Assembly (NCBI GenBank): GCA_964035545.1
Contig: OZ037765.1
Location: 22,567,504 to 22,631,503 of the forward strand
Direction of reading: 5' to 3'
Source: Bugula neritina
Taxonomy: Eukaryota; Animalia; Bryozoa
DNA length: 64,000 bases
In this document: piece by piece, positions 34,001 through 45,900 of the stretch
Layout of the letters: every line of letters begins with the position of its first letter
How positions within the stretch are numbered: position 1 is the first letter of the stretch
Made by a program: the position numbers and the translations under genes
The notes under the pieces: generated by a model
Told to the model about the DNA's origin: nothing
Databases searched by the model: none
The model's input: only the letters and a program-made list of their open reading frames with translations

Positions 34001-37000
34001 AATGCTAAAGTAGCTAAATGCATTTTTTTCCATATTATGGCATTTAGAAGCCTAATCAGCATATATATACAACAGCTATGTTGTTTATAGTATGAAAGTG
34101 TACTGTTTTGGTTCTAGTGACAGATTAGAATAATACTATAAAATAGTCTAGTTTCTTGAATTTCAAGCTTTAGGTCTTATAAATGATAGAAAATCTGTGC
34201 ATTTTTATAAAAAAACATATAAAGTCCTTTCCATGTTCAGAAATAGCTCGCTATGAAATAGATTTGGACACCCAAGTTATATGGTATGTTGTTGCTTATG
34301 CTGCTGAAAGCAGTGTATTATGTAATATATTCACATAGTCATCCTTAATTCTTGTTTACTCTAAAACAATATAGGCTTCATGCTCATTTTAAAGCTACTA
34401 ACTTTCACAATGCGTTAGATTTAGCCAAATATCTTTGCTACATATTACCACAGTATGTACAGTGCAACAGTTTTCTCATTTATTTTGCATGAGTTCAAAT
34501 AAACACTTTCTTATATGCCGGAAAGCTTAAACAATTGTTGTTCTATGAGCCAGTAACTCCCAAGGAACCTGCAAGACGTAAGAGAGAGATTCCCAGAGAT
34601 GTAACGCCAATATCAGCGTCTGTAGAGTTGGCTATAATAGTTGATTACGCTGCTTGGCTTAAAATGTCATCTGGAGAAGTGTTGGCTGAAAATGAAACTG
34701 ATCACATGGTCAACATTTTGCTCTATTATGCCCATCTCACCGAAATAGTTAGTATAGTTTACATATATTTTAATTCATGTCACAACTAGATTGATGTCTG
34801 CACTATTCATAAATTGCTTTATAGTTTTTTAGTACTATTGAAAAACTGTAAATGAGTGAAGCCATGTTTATTATGTATGATGGGAACATCTAAAAAGGAA
34901 AGACAACTGCTATGTTGAATAATTCTCATTTGCTACAATATTTTAGGTAAATAGTATGTACAATTCTATGAAGAATGATGATGTTCGTATAGAAGTAGTA
35001 TTAGCAGGCATTACAGTCATAACGGTTAGTATGATATTGCAGCTGCCTCAAGAAATTCTACCAATACAATAACTATTTAATTTCTTCCTTTTTTCTTTGC
35101 AAACTGTATATACAGCCAATAACTAAATATTAAGAGCTCGAAGTAAATTCTACAAAAGTTGTTGAATATAGTAGCATTTACTCATGCTAATTATTGCTAA
35201 CTTTGACTGTTAATATCTACAGCATGCAGGGTATTTTCATGTGTTTTTTTCACTTGGCAGCATGTATAGCCTGTGTATTAACTATTTAAGCTAACCTAAT
35301 TGTTGCAGCAACAAAGACTAGCAAACAATAAAAATTAGCCACGAATAGCATCAGTGCTATATAGCAATGATAACACTAAGCCAGACAAAAACATTATCAG
35401 CAAGTGAGCCATATTATATGCAAAAAATTTACTAGGTAACCAATACACTTGGGTATAAATGTAACTCGCAAAGAATCTTTCAAGATTCTTTCTATTGCTG
35501 CTGAAAATTTTATAAACCTTTGCAACTGTTGCTAACATTTTATAGTCCAGCACTGAGCTGACAAATCTAACAGAAGATTACAAAACACAAGATGAGGAAG
35601 TTGACTCGACAACAACTCTGGAGCGTCTCAGTGAGTGGCTGAACACTTCAGAGGCTCTGAGTACTCTTCCCCGTAATGATCATGTGATGCTGTTCACTGG
35701 GTGAGTTGAGACTTATGCTATTGTGGTGATTGCTACAAGTAACAGTGTAAGCTCAACTTGAACAAATGGCAGACTTTTCTAATCAGAACGTAAAGTAATT
35801 GAGACCATACATATTTATATTTATGAAACCTTTGCCTACAGTTGATTTGAACATACTGTAGCAAATTACTATATCTTTTTTCTTTTCAAATATACATGCA
35901 TATTGTATGTGCTCCAAACAAGTATATAATGTGTATATGTTCTCATGTGTTGATTTTTTCAATGTCTAGTAAAAATGGCACTAGTAAAAAAATGGCACTA
36001 GTAAAAATAATGGCACAGTAAAATTGGCACAGGTAATAATGGCACAAATGGCAAAGAAGGTAGGTAAAACTGGCACATTTTAAATATTAGGGTTTTGGGT
36101 GGTGGTTGGGGGTTTGGAAGGGGGGTTTAGGTTTGGGGATGGGGTTTGAGTTTGGGCTGAGGTTTGGGAAATTTAATATTAATGTGCCATTTTTCCTACT
36201 TTTCCATTTGTGCCATTATTACTTGTGCAATTATTAACTGTGGCATTTTTATGATGCCATTTTTACCTGCGCCATGTTTACCTGTGCCAATTGTACTTAA
36301 AATTAATATTTTCTTATCTGTTACAGGTATAATTTTGCTACCACACCACTGTGTCTAAATGACATATGAGCATATATAATTTGTGTATGTAACTAATTTT
36401 GCTGTTTTGGTAGATATGACGTATTTGAAGCAGAAGATGGTGATACCGGCACAGTTGGTAGGTCATGCTTGTGCAACTATCTGCAATCACATGTGTCACA
36501 CTGTCATATTTTTTATATGTTACTGACATATCAGCCGTATTAAAGTAACCTATCCACATGCTCTACTACTACATATGCCTTTAGCCCTAGAACTTATTAC
36601 CTATTGTCTAAATTTCAGAGGCTCTGGTAGGACCCATTGTGTTTATATATATTTCAATTACTTCTTGTAAGCACTTTTTGAAAATGTTGGTTTAATTGTG
36701 AATTGTTGAAGGATAAAAGGATTTACAAATTTAAATGTATACATTTACAGAGGTTTTGTTGAGATCACTTTATTAAAATGTGATGACTTTAATTTTGGAA
36801 ACAACGGTCATCACCTGTAAAGTATTACAAATATGTCCAAACTTCTTCTACATAATATATAGTAAAATTCAACCAACAATATCATGAAATCACAGAATAG
36901 TTATAACAACATATGTATATATAATAGCTTCATGTTACGCTTTTTGAGAAGTTGGAGCTAATGCTTACAATAAACTGCATGTGATCTCTGATATTTTAGA

Positions 37001-39599
37001 ATCTAGCTGATATAAACAGACAGATTTTGGATACAAGTTGATGCAGTTGGGGTTCAAACCCGTGACTTTTCGATTGATAGCTACGAACTTTGTGGCTCAA
37101 AAATCTCGCTTCACTTTGTTACTGTACCTTTTCAAATTAAGTTTTGAAATAGGCAAAGATTGAGAGTTTTGTAACGTAGATATAGTCTAATGCCTATCTT
37201 CTGATAGGACTTGCTTGGACTAAAAGAATATGTGATACAAAATTCTCCAGCTCTCTAGTTGAGGTCAGCGAAACGTTCAGTTATGACGCAAGTACAGCAG
37301 CCCATGAGCTTGGTCACAGGTATTTCAACTCATTGTACTAATGATTTTAACTCATTGTAATAATAACATCTATTGCTAATAGGCCTTGCACATGCATGTT
37401 TTTTACGATCTACTCTAGTTGACTATAACTTTATTAACTTCAAAAGTTGAAGAACTGTGATACAAACTGAGTTTAGGAATTAAAAAGTAATATGTCTTAT
37501 GCAAGCATGTTATAATCATCTGCACCTTCTGAATTTAGTTCTATTAATGATTACTATATGCATTTTAAAATACCATTATCTCTTTAATTTAAAGTTGATA
37601 AGCCTCCAACAGTTTACCTTAGCATCAGACATTTACAGCAAGCACTACGTTGTTCTTTTTAGCCTAGGGGCAGGACACGACGGTGTACCGGGTGACTCAA
37701 GTAGTGGCTGTGCGGACCAAAATTACATAATGGCCGCTTCTAGTGACGGTATTGGTTATCTCACCAACCGCTTCCTGTTTAGTTGCTGCTCACAGCGGAG
37801 TTTCTATGCCACAATATCAGAGTAACTATCCCACAATCTTATATTCTAGTTTATTGTGATGTAGAAAACTGTGATTAAATACTTGCTCTGAGAAAACTGT
37901 TATTTGATACTTGCTCTGAGTTATTGAAAGTGTTCACAGACAGACTATGTTAATTCTTTGTATCGTTATTACTTTGCAGTGTTGGCAGTTGTTTGATGGA
38001 AGGTGTACCTAATCCAGATCATGACTCCTCCATTGATGACAATGTGGAAAATAACTTGCCTGGAGAGATATTTACAGCAGATGATCAGTGTTACGTAGCT
38101 GGATCCCCTGCTGCTTGTGGCAGTGTAATCTAAACAATTTCATATCAAGCACTTGCATATTACATGCATGACTTTAAAAAATTAAATAATTTTTATTTTA
38201 GCAAATAATAGGTTCTTAATCACATTTTTTATTCACTCTCTGCTAGATTTTATCTTTTCTAAAGTTTCAACTTGCTAATTTTTTCAAACAATTTAGGCTA
38301 TATACAACGAGGAGGGAAGAAGCATTTGTTTGGACTTGTGGTGTGTTTTACCTGAAGATTCATCCCTTTGCTACCGCACTCTGACTGCTGCCGTTGATGG
38401 AACAGAGTGTGCCGCTGGTAAATGGTGTAGCCAGGGTGAATGTGTAGACAAGAATGAGACTTACTCCCAACCCAGCCAGAACTGCGATGGTTTGTTTTTT
38501 GTCATTATTTGGTTCAAGTGAGTTGCATGAAACAGTAAAACAGCATAAATATGCTGTCATCATGGTTTGCTAAGGATTTCCAATAGTTCAATCAGTGTAT
38601 TTCAATATAAGTGTGGTATATATTTTGATTCTCATCTTGATACACAGCTTAGATCATAAACATAAAAAGTAAGGCCAATCATCACCTGAGTGCAAAATGC
38701 CATTATTTCTTTTTTTAAATTTAGTAGTTTAGCTTAAGTTTTTGGGTCAAAATGAAACTGAGGTTTAACTCTTGAAGAGTCAGCTGTTATATTTGGATAA
38801 TATTTATTAAAATCTTTGTTTGCTAAAAAGCGTATTTTATCTTCAAATATAGTTAAATATAATCTATTAAAAAAAGTTTAATTGGCAATGTTCTTGTGGT
38901 ATTATAAATAGAACATATACAAATTAAAAGGTTGTTAAAAAATGTGATAAAATATAATATATGTTATAGTAGCCATGTTGATGACATTTTATGGTAAACC
39001 TTATAAAGTCACACTAATGACAAAAGTATAGAATCAGCTATTTGTTTGTTGACTTGTAATAACAAAAATCACGTTGCTTTAAAAATCATTTAGAAAATGC
39101 TTTTGAATAGTAAACTTTTATTTTGATAGTTGCATGATTAAAAAAACGTTACACTAGCTTTGTGTACTTTTATGTTATAGATGGCTGAGCAAAATTTTGT
39201 TTATTAGTATGCTATAATATACATTGACTCTCGAATGCTATAAATCTGCCTTTTTGTTGAAGCTGCTATAAGCTACCTAGATATTGTAATTACTCTGTAT
39301 TTTTAGTGACAACATGTTTTACCGGGGAAACAGAATGCGCCAGTGGAGTAAATATCGACAGTTCAGAATCATTCAGATGTTATTCTGACAGCTTCCACTG
39401 TGATGGTGTTTATGAATGTTCTGATGGAACTGATGAGAGAGATTGTGATACAGTATTTACTTGTCCATCTGGGTATACCAAGTGTAGTACTGGGTAGGCA
39501 ATTCTCTATGTATCCTTCTCATCATTCTAATAGTAATGATGGAGCTACTAGAAGTTAAAACATATTTTCACTGCTACCAACAACACACACACACGTACC

Positions 39600-39676
<77 letters not shown>

Positions 39677-40734
39677 ACATGTACCCACATACACACGTGT
39701 ATTCACATTTACAAATATTTGTGCACTAACACAATTTCTTGTGCCAAATTTGTTTTACAGGAAATGCAATGTGTTAGAATTAGTTCGTGTAGTGTATATG
39801 CAGTTAATTTCTCAACATGATTTATATTGTGAATTCTTGCATATTAAGGGCCATGCATACTGACTCAGAGTGGTAGCAGTGCGTTTGTTTGACGATCTGA
39901 AGGAGTACACACACAGAGCTTATATATATTTTTTTAAATGTTGAGCTTTTCGAACCAATGTGGATTTTAGCTGACGTTGCGCCTGCTTGATATATAAACA
40001 AGTAGATAAAATCTTTCATATTTCATTTTGCTACCTGCACTGTGGTTACATGATGTTTTGTTGGTTACATTACATATTGGGTACCTAAAGGTTTTGCTGT
40101 GGAGTCATTTGCTGACTGATGTTTATTATACGCAACTATGCACCTTTGGTGAACAACCAGGTGTACTCAGTCATAATGTTATGCTTTCTATTTCTATAAA
40201 GAAAAAGTAAATGGACGTTGCCAGATGGTGTCCCCAGATACTGCATAGATAACAGCTGGCTGTGTGATGGAGAGCATGAAGATTGCACTGATAACTCTGA
40301 TGAGAATGAACTTTGTGGTAGGCAATATGTTCCGTGTGTCATTGCAGCTCTAATATGTGATTCTAATTTTGTGACAAATTTGTTTGTAGAATTGTCTAAT
40401 TATCTTTAATTGTTTAAAATTTCAAGCAACAACAGAATAGTATAATATATTCAATTATATTTTATCTGCAACTGCTGAGGACTTTTTTTACCAAACTTTG
40501 TATATAGAGATACAATAATAATATATATATATATATAAAATGATGTATAGTTTACCACTAAAGAGAGCTCAATGCAGTGCAGAGCAGAGTAAATAAAAGT
40601 AATGAACGATAAAATTTGATTTAAAACACTTTATTACTACTAGTTTCATGTGCATAGAATGTACACAATCTTCAGATAAAATGTTAAGATGTAATGTAAC
40701 AAGAATAAAAACATACTATATATATGTATGAGAA

Positions 40735-40795
<61 letters not shown>

Positions 40796-40814
40796 CAAAT
40801 TTTATCGTTCATTA

Positions 40815-40874
<60 letters not shown>

Positions 40875-41577
40875 TATATTTGAATGTGTTGAAAATAGGG
40901 ACAGAGCAAAATTCTTCCATGTTAATAGGACTTGAATACTTGTTTCAAAAAAGCAAAACCCACATTCTATTACATTGGGTAAACTTTATTGTAGAAACTC
41001 GGACCCCCGTCTCCAATTATGAAGGTATAACATCTGAGCGTGAGTTTTAGTTGCTATAGAAATTGAAATTATGAGTTAGTTTCAATAACTTCTAGATTAC
41101 GTTATTATCATTATTTATTGTCTTGGTTGGTTTTTATTTGAAAATTTCTTTTCTTTGGTTTGCGTTTTTCCAATCAACAAAGTTATAAGAGCATTGAATA
41201 TAATTTGCTAGTTTTTGCACTTTCTATTAGTTTAGCATGGCATCTTTTAACAGCTATAAAGCTTCAAGCTTATCTGTTTGTTATTCAGCTGCTGTTAGAA
41301 ATATCATTGGGTGATGTTTTGATCTAGCTTTAGATGCTTATAGCTGTCTTCAACCTGTTTAATCAACTCATCAAAATAGCTAAATGAATCAAAAACCAAG
41401 TTAGTCTTTGTAAGGTTGCGGTGCTAAATTGTTTGTTATTTATTATATTTTACCGTATTTTAGAAAACTGTTATATTTGTGAAACCTCTGGTGCGTGTAT
41501 CAACAAAGAAGAAGATTGCGAAACAAAATGTCCAGATGATGAGCTTTGTGTTGACCAAGTTAGAAATCTGAATTCTG
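31035..41577 (+). CDS. Secreted M12B (reprolysin, ADAMTS-like) zinc metalloprotease with an ADAMTS-type Cys-rich domain and two LDLa repeats; 3' end unresolved
   Basis: Signal peptide [22 protein letters not shown] (31035-31101). Prodomain exons 31194-31519, 31858-31943, 32280-32394; splicing across 32395-34500 is unresolved. Furin site RRKR then VELAIIVD (~34494-34747). Further exons: 34947-35024, 35546-35700 (NDHVMLFTG), 36414-36457, 37208-37319 plus 37663-37821 (zinc motif HELGHSLGAGHD, Met-turn YIMA), 37980-38124 ([12 protein letters not shown]), 38297-38489 (CLDLWC...[19 protein letters not shown]), 39307-39493 and 40208-40317 ([13 protein letters not shown]; [16 protein letters not shown]), 41464-41577 (Cys-rich). 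Confidence 0.85.
35967..36297. mobile_element. Foldback/MITE-like element with repeat-built inverted arms and a G-tract core
   Basis: The left arm is tandem (g)gtaaaaatggcaca units and the right arm is tandem tgtgccattttacc units (reverse complement). The centre (36089-36168) is a run of GGG/GGGG tracts separated by T-rich linkers. Confidence 0.8.
37040..37098 (-). mobile_element. tRNA-like SINE head fragment
   Basis: Minus strand reads ...aaagtcacgggtttgaaccccaactgc, a B-box-like T arm. There is no full cloverleaf. Confidence 0.35.
39583..39698. repeat. (CA)n/(CG)-interrupted microsatellite
   Basis: acacacac...gcgcgcacacacac run in a protease intron. Confidence 0.95.
40742..40870. repeat. 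Two adjacent (TA)n microsatellites
   Basis: TA runs at ~40742-40792 and ~40817-40870. Confidence 0.95.
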
Positions 41578-42910
41578 GTACAGATACTTTATTCCAGAGC
41601 TTCAGGATGATTTATTTATTCATATTTCTTGGATATAATATGTTATAAAAGTTGAAACTCTGCCCATATAAAATCAACTCGTTGGAAGCTTGAAACATCT
41701 AGTTTTGTTATTCCTTCTACAGCCATACAACAGAAGCTTTTTTATTGACAAATATTTATTGCTTTTTATTCTTTGTTGTGAATTGATATTATTGTTTGAA
41801 CTCATGCCTTGACTAGCTACAGTGCTATTGCGTCATAGGTCTTTTTTTTATTTTATTTTCCTCAATTAATTTTTTCCGTCCGCGACAAAATAAAACAAAC
41901 AAACAAACAGCCAAATTAATGTTTGCTTTCTGCTCCAAGATTTTAGTTTATATTCTAAATGAAAATTGAGTCTCAATTCCACTCCTGAACATTCATCAAC
42001 ATTTTCAAATATTTTTGCAGATTTACAAAATAAAGTGGTCACCAATTTGTGTATTTTTATACATTTAATGCATGTATGAATGAATAACTTGCGTTACAAA
42101 TGATTAATGAATAAATTTGTACAATGAATAATAATGATTAATAAGTATTGTCATCACATATTTGTGGCTATTGAAAAAGTTAAAATTCTCTTTTCAAATG
42201 CCCAATCATAGCTTTCCAACAAGTACTTTTGAAATAAATGTTTGGATCTTCAGTCAATGTTGTTTTTGTTACATGTTGTAAATTATTGCTTTTTGCATTT
42301 GCCACAGGCGACAGACAACTGCATTGGCAACAACTTACCCACCAGGTTATCTATTTGTAGCAGTCCAACAATGTCAAATTGTTGATATTATCAGGGATGT
42401 GCGAATTATAAGTATAATTATTTGCATACTGATTAACCATAACAGAGTTTTCACTTCACTACCCGAAAAGGAAAAAGCGGAGAGGTGAGAATAATAAGGT
42501 TTTCACATATGTAAATCTACATTGTGTGTGCGTGTTTGATGTGTGTGTGGTGTGTGTAATGTATATAATGTATAGTGTTTGTATGTATATATATTGGTTA
42601 CAACTCCTAGCTATAATGTGACAGTACTAATTGCTAATATGTTTAATAGGAAAAAGCTATAGTCAAGGAGACCTACCAACTTTAAAGAAATGATACACAA
42701 TGACAAATACATATATTTATAGCAAAAATTGAACCTATGTAAATAATATAACAATTTAGAGTAAAGTAGTTCATGCAACATCAATGCATCCTAACTACAG
42801 CTGATAATTTAAAAAAAATATAATTGCACCAGCATATTAGAAAAATAAACATGAGTATCATGTAGAACAATGAAGTATAAATATAGAGAAAGTTATTGAA
42901 TGAATTGATA

Positions 42911-45900
42911 TCAGTTGAGCACAGCCTCACATTCACTAGCATGAGCCTCGATTGAATCTCGAGGAAAGCTTCTCTGGCATATGGGACATTGCACAGAAGA
43001 TGATCCATCACACGAGCTGTAAAATTGTGTATAATTATAACCAAACTTTCACATCCTCAAGGAATAATACTCTACATTAAGAAACACTCAGGTTAAAGCA
43101 TGGCTAAGTTGAGCTAGTTAATGATTAAGCTTACCTAGTAATTTGAATTTTAAATATTTCCATAACATTTACATTCCTAAGTTACTGCATATCAAGGCTA
43201 AGGTGATCTGGAAGTTCATTTTTAAATTGTGGAAAGAAGTAATTCAACGAAATTTGAGTTATAATAAAAAGTTGATAGACCTAAACACAGTTGAGAAGTA
43301 CATTCATAACTTGCATATAAAATGAACCAAAAACAGTAAAACTCACCTGGAAGAAGCATTCATCTGTGCTCTGTGAGGATAATCACTGATGGAGAGTTCA
43401 GGCGGGTCTCCCTCGCTATCAGACAAGCAAATTATTGCGGCAGACGGTGGGAGTGTAGACGGCACATTACCCTCTTCATCACTTGAGAACAGATCACGGA
43501 TAGTTAGCTGAGACTTACCGACACTACTGGATTTGTTGACCACACCATAAGCTCTTTTAGGAGTAGGAATCATCAGGTCGTCGTCACTATCGATAAGTTC
43601 CTGCAATGACCTCTTCTTTAGCTCAGGTTTTCGTTCAGATCTCAGTGGTTTAGAACTGTTTGGTTTAGCAGTTGACAATGAGCCGGTACTCTTTCTACTG
43701 GACCTAGACTGAGAGTGTGACTTGAGAGAAGGTGGCACAGACTTAGACAATGATCTATGATGAGGCAACAGATTTGAAAGTTTTGATTTCACTGGTGGCG
43801 TAGAAATTCTTTTCTGTAATTTGGGCGTCAATTGAAATTTTCTTCTTGGTGATACATCACTAGTTTCAGATGCTACTGGCTTCAGATTTTCACAATTACT
43901 AGCGTTTGATGTTGTCTCAGCTCGACGGAAATGTTTGTGTTTTGGTGTAGAAGTATACAGCAAACTAACTGTATTATACTGTACAGGTGGCTCTTTATTG
44001 TGAGATTCTAATAATGCAGAGTGGTTGAGGCGGATTGGTGCAGCCAGTGTTTCTGGATAAACTGAAGTGGATAAAATTGGTATCTTTGTGGTTGATAAAA
44101 CACCTTCACTAAGGTTATTAGAATCAATGTCCAGTTTAGAATCAAGTGAGGAATACTTGTCACATGATTTAGAAGCTTCTGATTTGTTGATACAATTTCC
44201 GGGTGTTGATAAAGAATTTGAATTAGTGGATTCACCAAGACAACTACTGTTGATTTTGGAGTTGTCTTCTTCACTATCAGATATACACACAACCTCTGCA
44301 TCTTTATCTTTAATTGAATTTCTTTTTGAATGCACACCAGATTTCACAGGAAGAGTGAAATCTACAATTATCAGCATGATTTACATTAGTCATATTTACA
44401 CAAAATGTTGCATATTACTGCTTCAATCAGTCTCGATAAGTTTTAGGTTTATCCACACAAAAATAGCAAAAGCTAATGTTTTCTCTACCTAAAGAATCGA
44501 TAACATTACATAGTAATGGCCATCTACATAGTTTTTATACTTGTTAGCACATTCTGATAATTCATTTAAATCGACTTTCTTTACAAACAGGACAAATATA
44601 TGGCTTAATTGTCTCAAATTGAACATAATTTGAAATAGTAATAACTTTTGAGCAAATCACATAAATTTAAAACCATGAATTGACCCTGAAAATGTAGGTT
44701 TAGTAAGGCTTCATGCGATTGCATTTGGTTTTGTTGGCAGCGATACGTAACATAATAATTAAAATATAGTACTCAATAGGCCAGAGAAATTTAGTTCAGT
44801 TGTTTTGAAAAAGTAGACAACTCTGAAATGTAAATAGGTGAAAATGTGGATTCCAAGAATATACAAAATATGAATGTTGCAGCAAAGTTTTAATAGCTGC
44901 TGGTGCAACAGTCAACTTAAGTTGCGATACATACTAATTTTATTGTTGTTGTTTGATTAACAAAATTAATGCCCATTTTCATAAAAAAAAGTTATTCTGA
45001 TTCAAATTTAAATAATATGCATTATATTCATCATCAAAACCGAGTCACATTCAGACTAGCCCACAATTAAAAGGCCAAACTGGGACAACACTTGACTCAT
45101 TTACCTGTAAGGCATGAATATACTGGACACTGACCATGGCTAGGAGAGGGAAAGTGAGTCATTTCACTGACCGAGTGATCCGCTTCAGAGCTGACAGCTG
45201 ACGCATGCCTCACCGCCTTCCTTCCTAAAATATCATTTCTTATGAAGGCATTGAAAGCATAAAAGCCTAAAACTTTCTTAGAGACAAATATCGTCCAAAC
45301 AACAAGCTCTACTGCAACAAATAACTCATGGACCAATATACTGGTTTGAAAAAAATCTAGTAGCAACGTCAAAGGTGTGTAACCTTGCTAATATGTTTTA
45401 GCAACATTCACTCATAAAAACACTAAACAATTCTATTTCATGAATTCAACGTAATAGTTTAACATGATTCCATTTTATATCATAATTTTTGCTTAGGGAA
45501 ATTTTGCCGCCAAACAACTTATACCATGAGGCATTACACTTTGAATATTTATGGTTGCAATTTAAAATGCTACACACACACACATGCAAACGCACGCACG
45601 CACCCACATACATACGCACGCACACATATATATAAAGGAAGGATTTACCATCAGCATGGCTTTGAGACTCTGCATTACTTCTATCACCATACCGGGTTTC
45701 AAAAAACTCCACAGCATATTTTTTGAAAAGTTTCTTTTCGCTTGAGCTAAGTTTCCTGCATTTCACTTTTTCAAATTGACGACGCAATTCTAGTAACAAA
45801 AGGAGAGTTTAGTTTTACAAATATAGATAATTATGGCTAACATTATTTTGAAATAGTAAAAAGCGTATCATTTGGTGCCCAAAGTTTATTAATGCAAGTC

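Noticed and set aside
30254-41050. YIYIYI and HTHTHT ORFs (30254, 39536, 40724)
   Set aside because: They are translations of (TA)n and (CA)n microsatellites.
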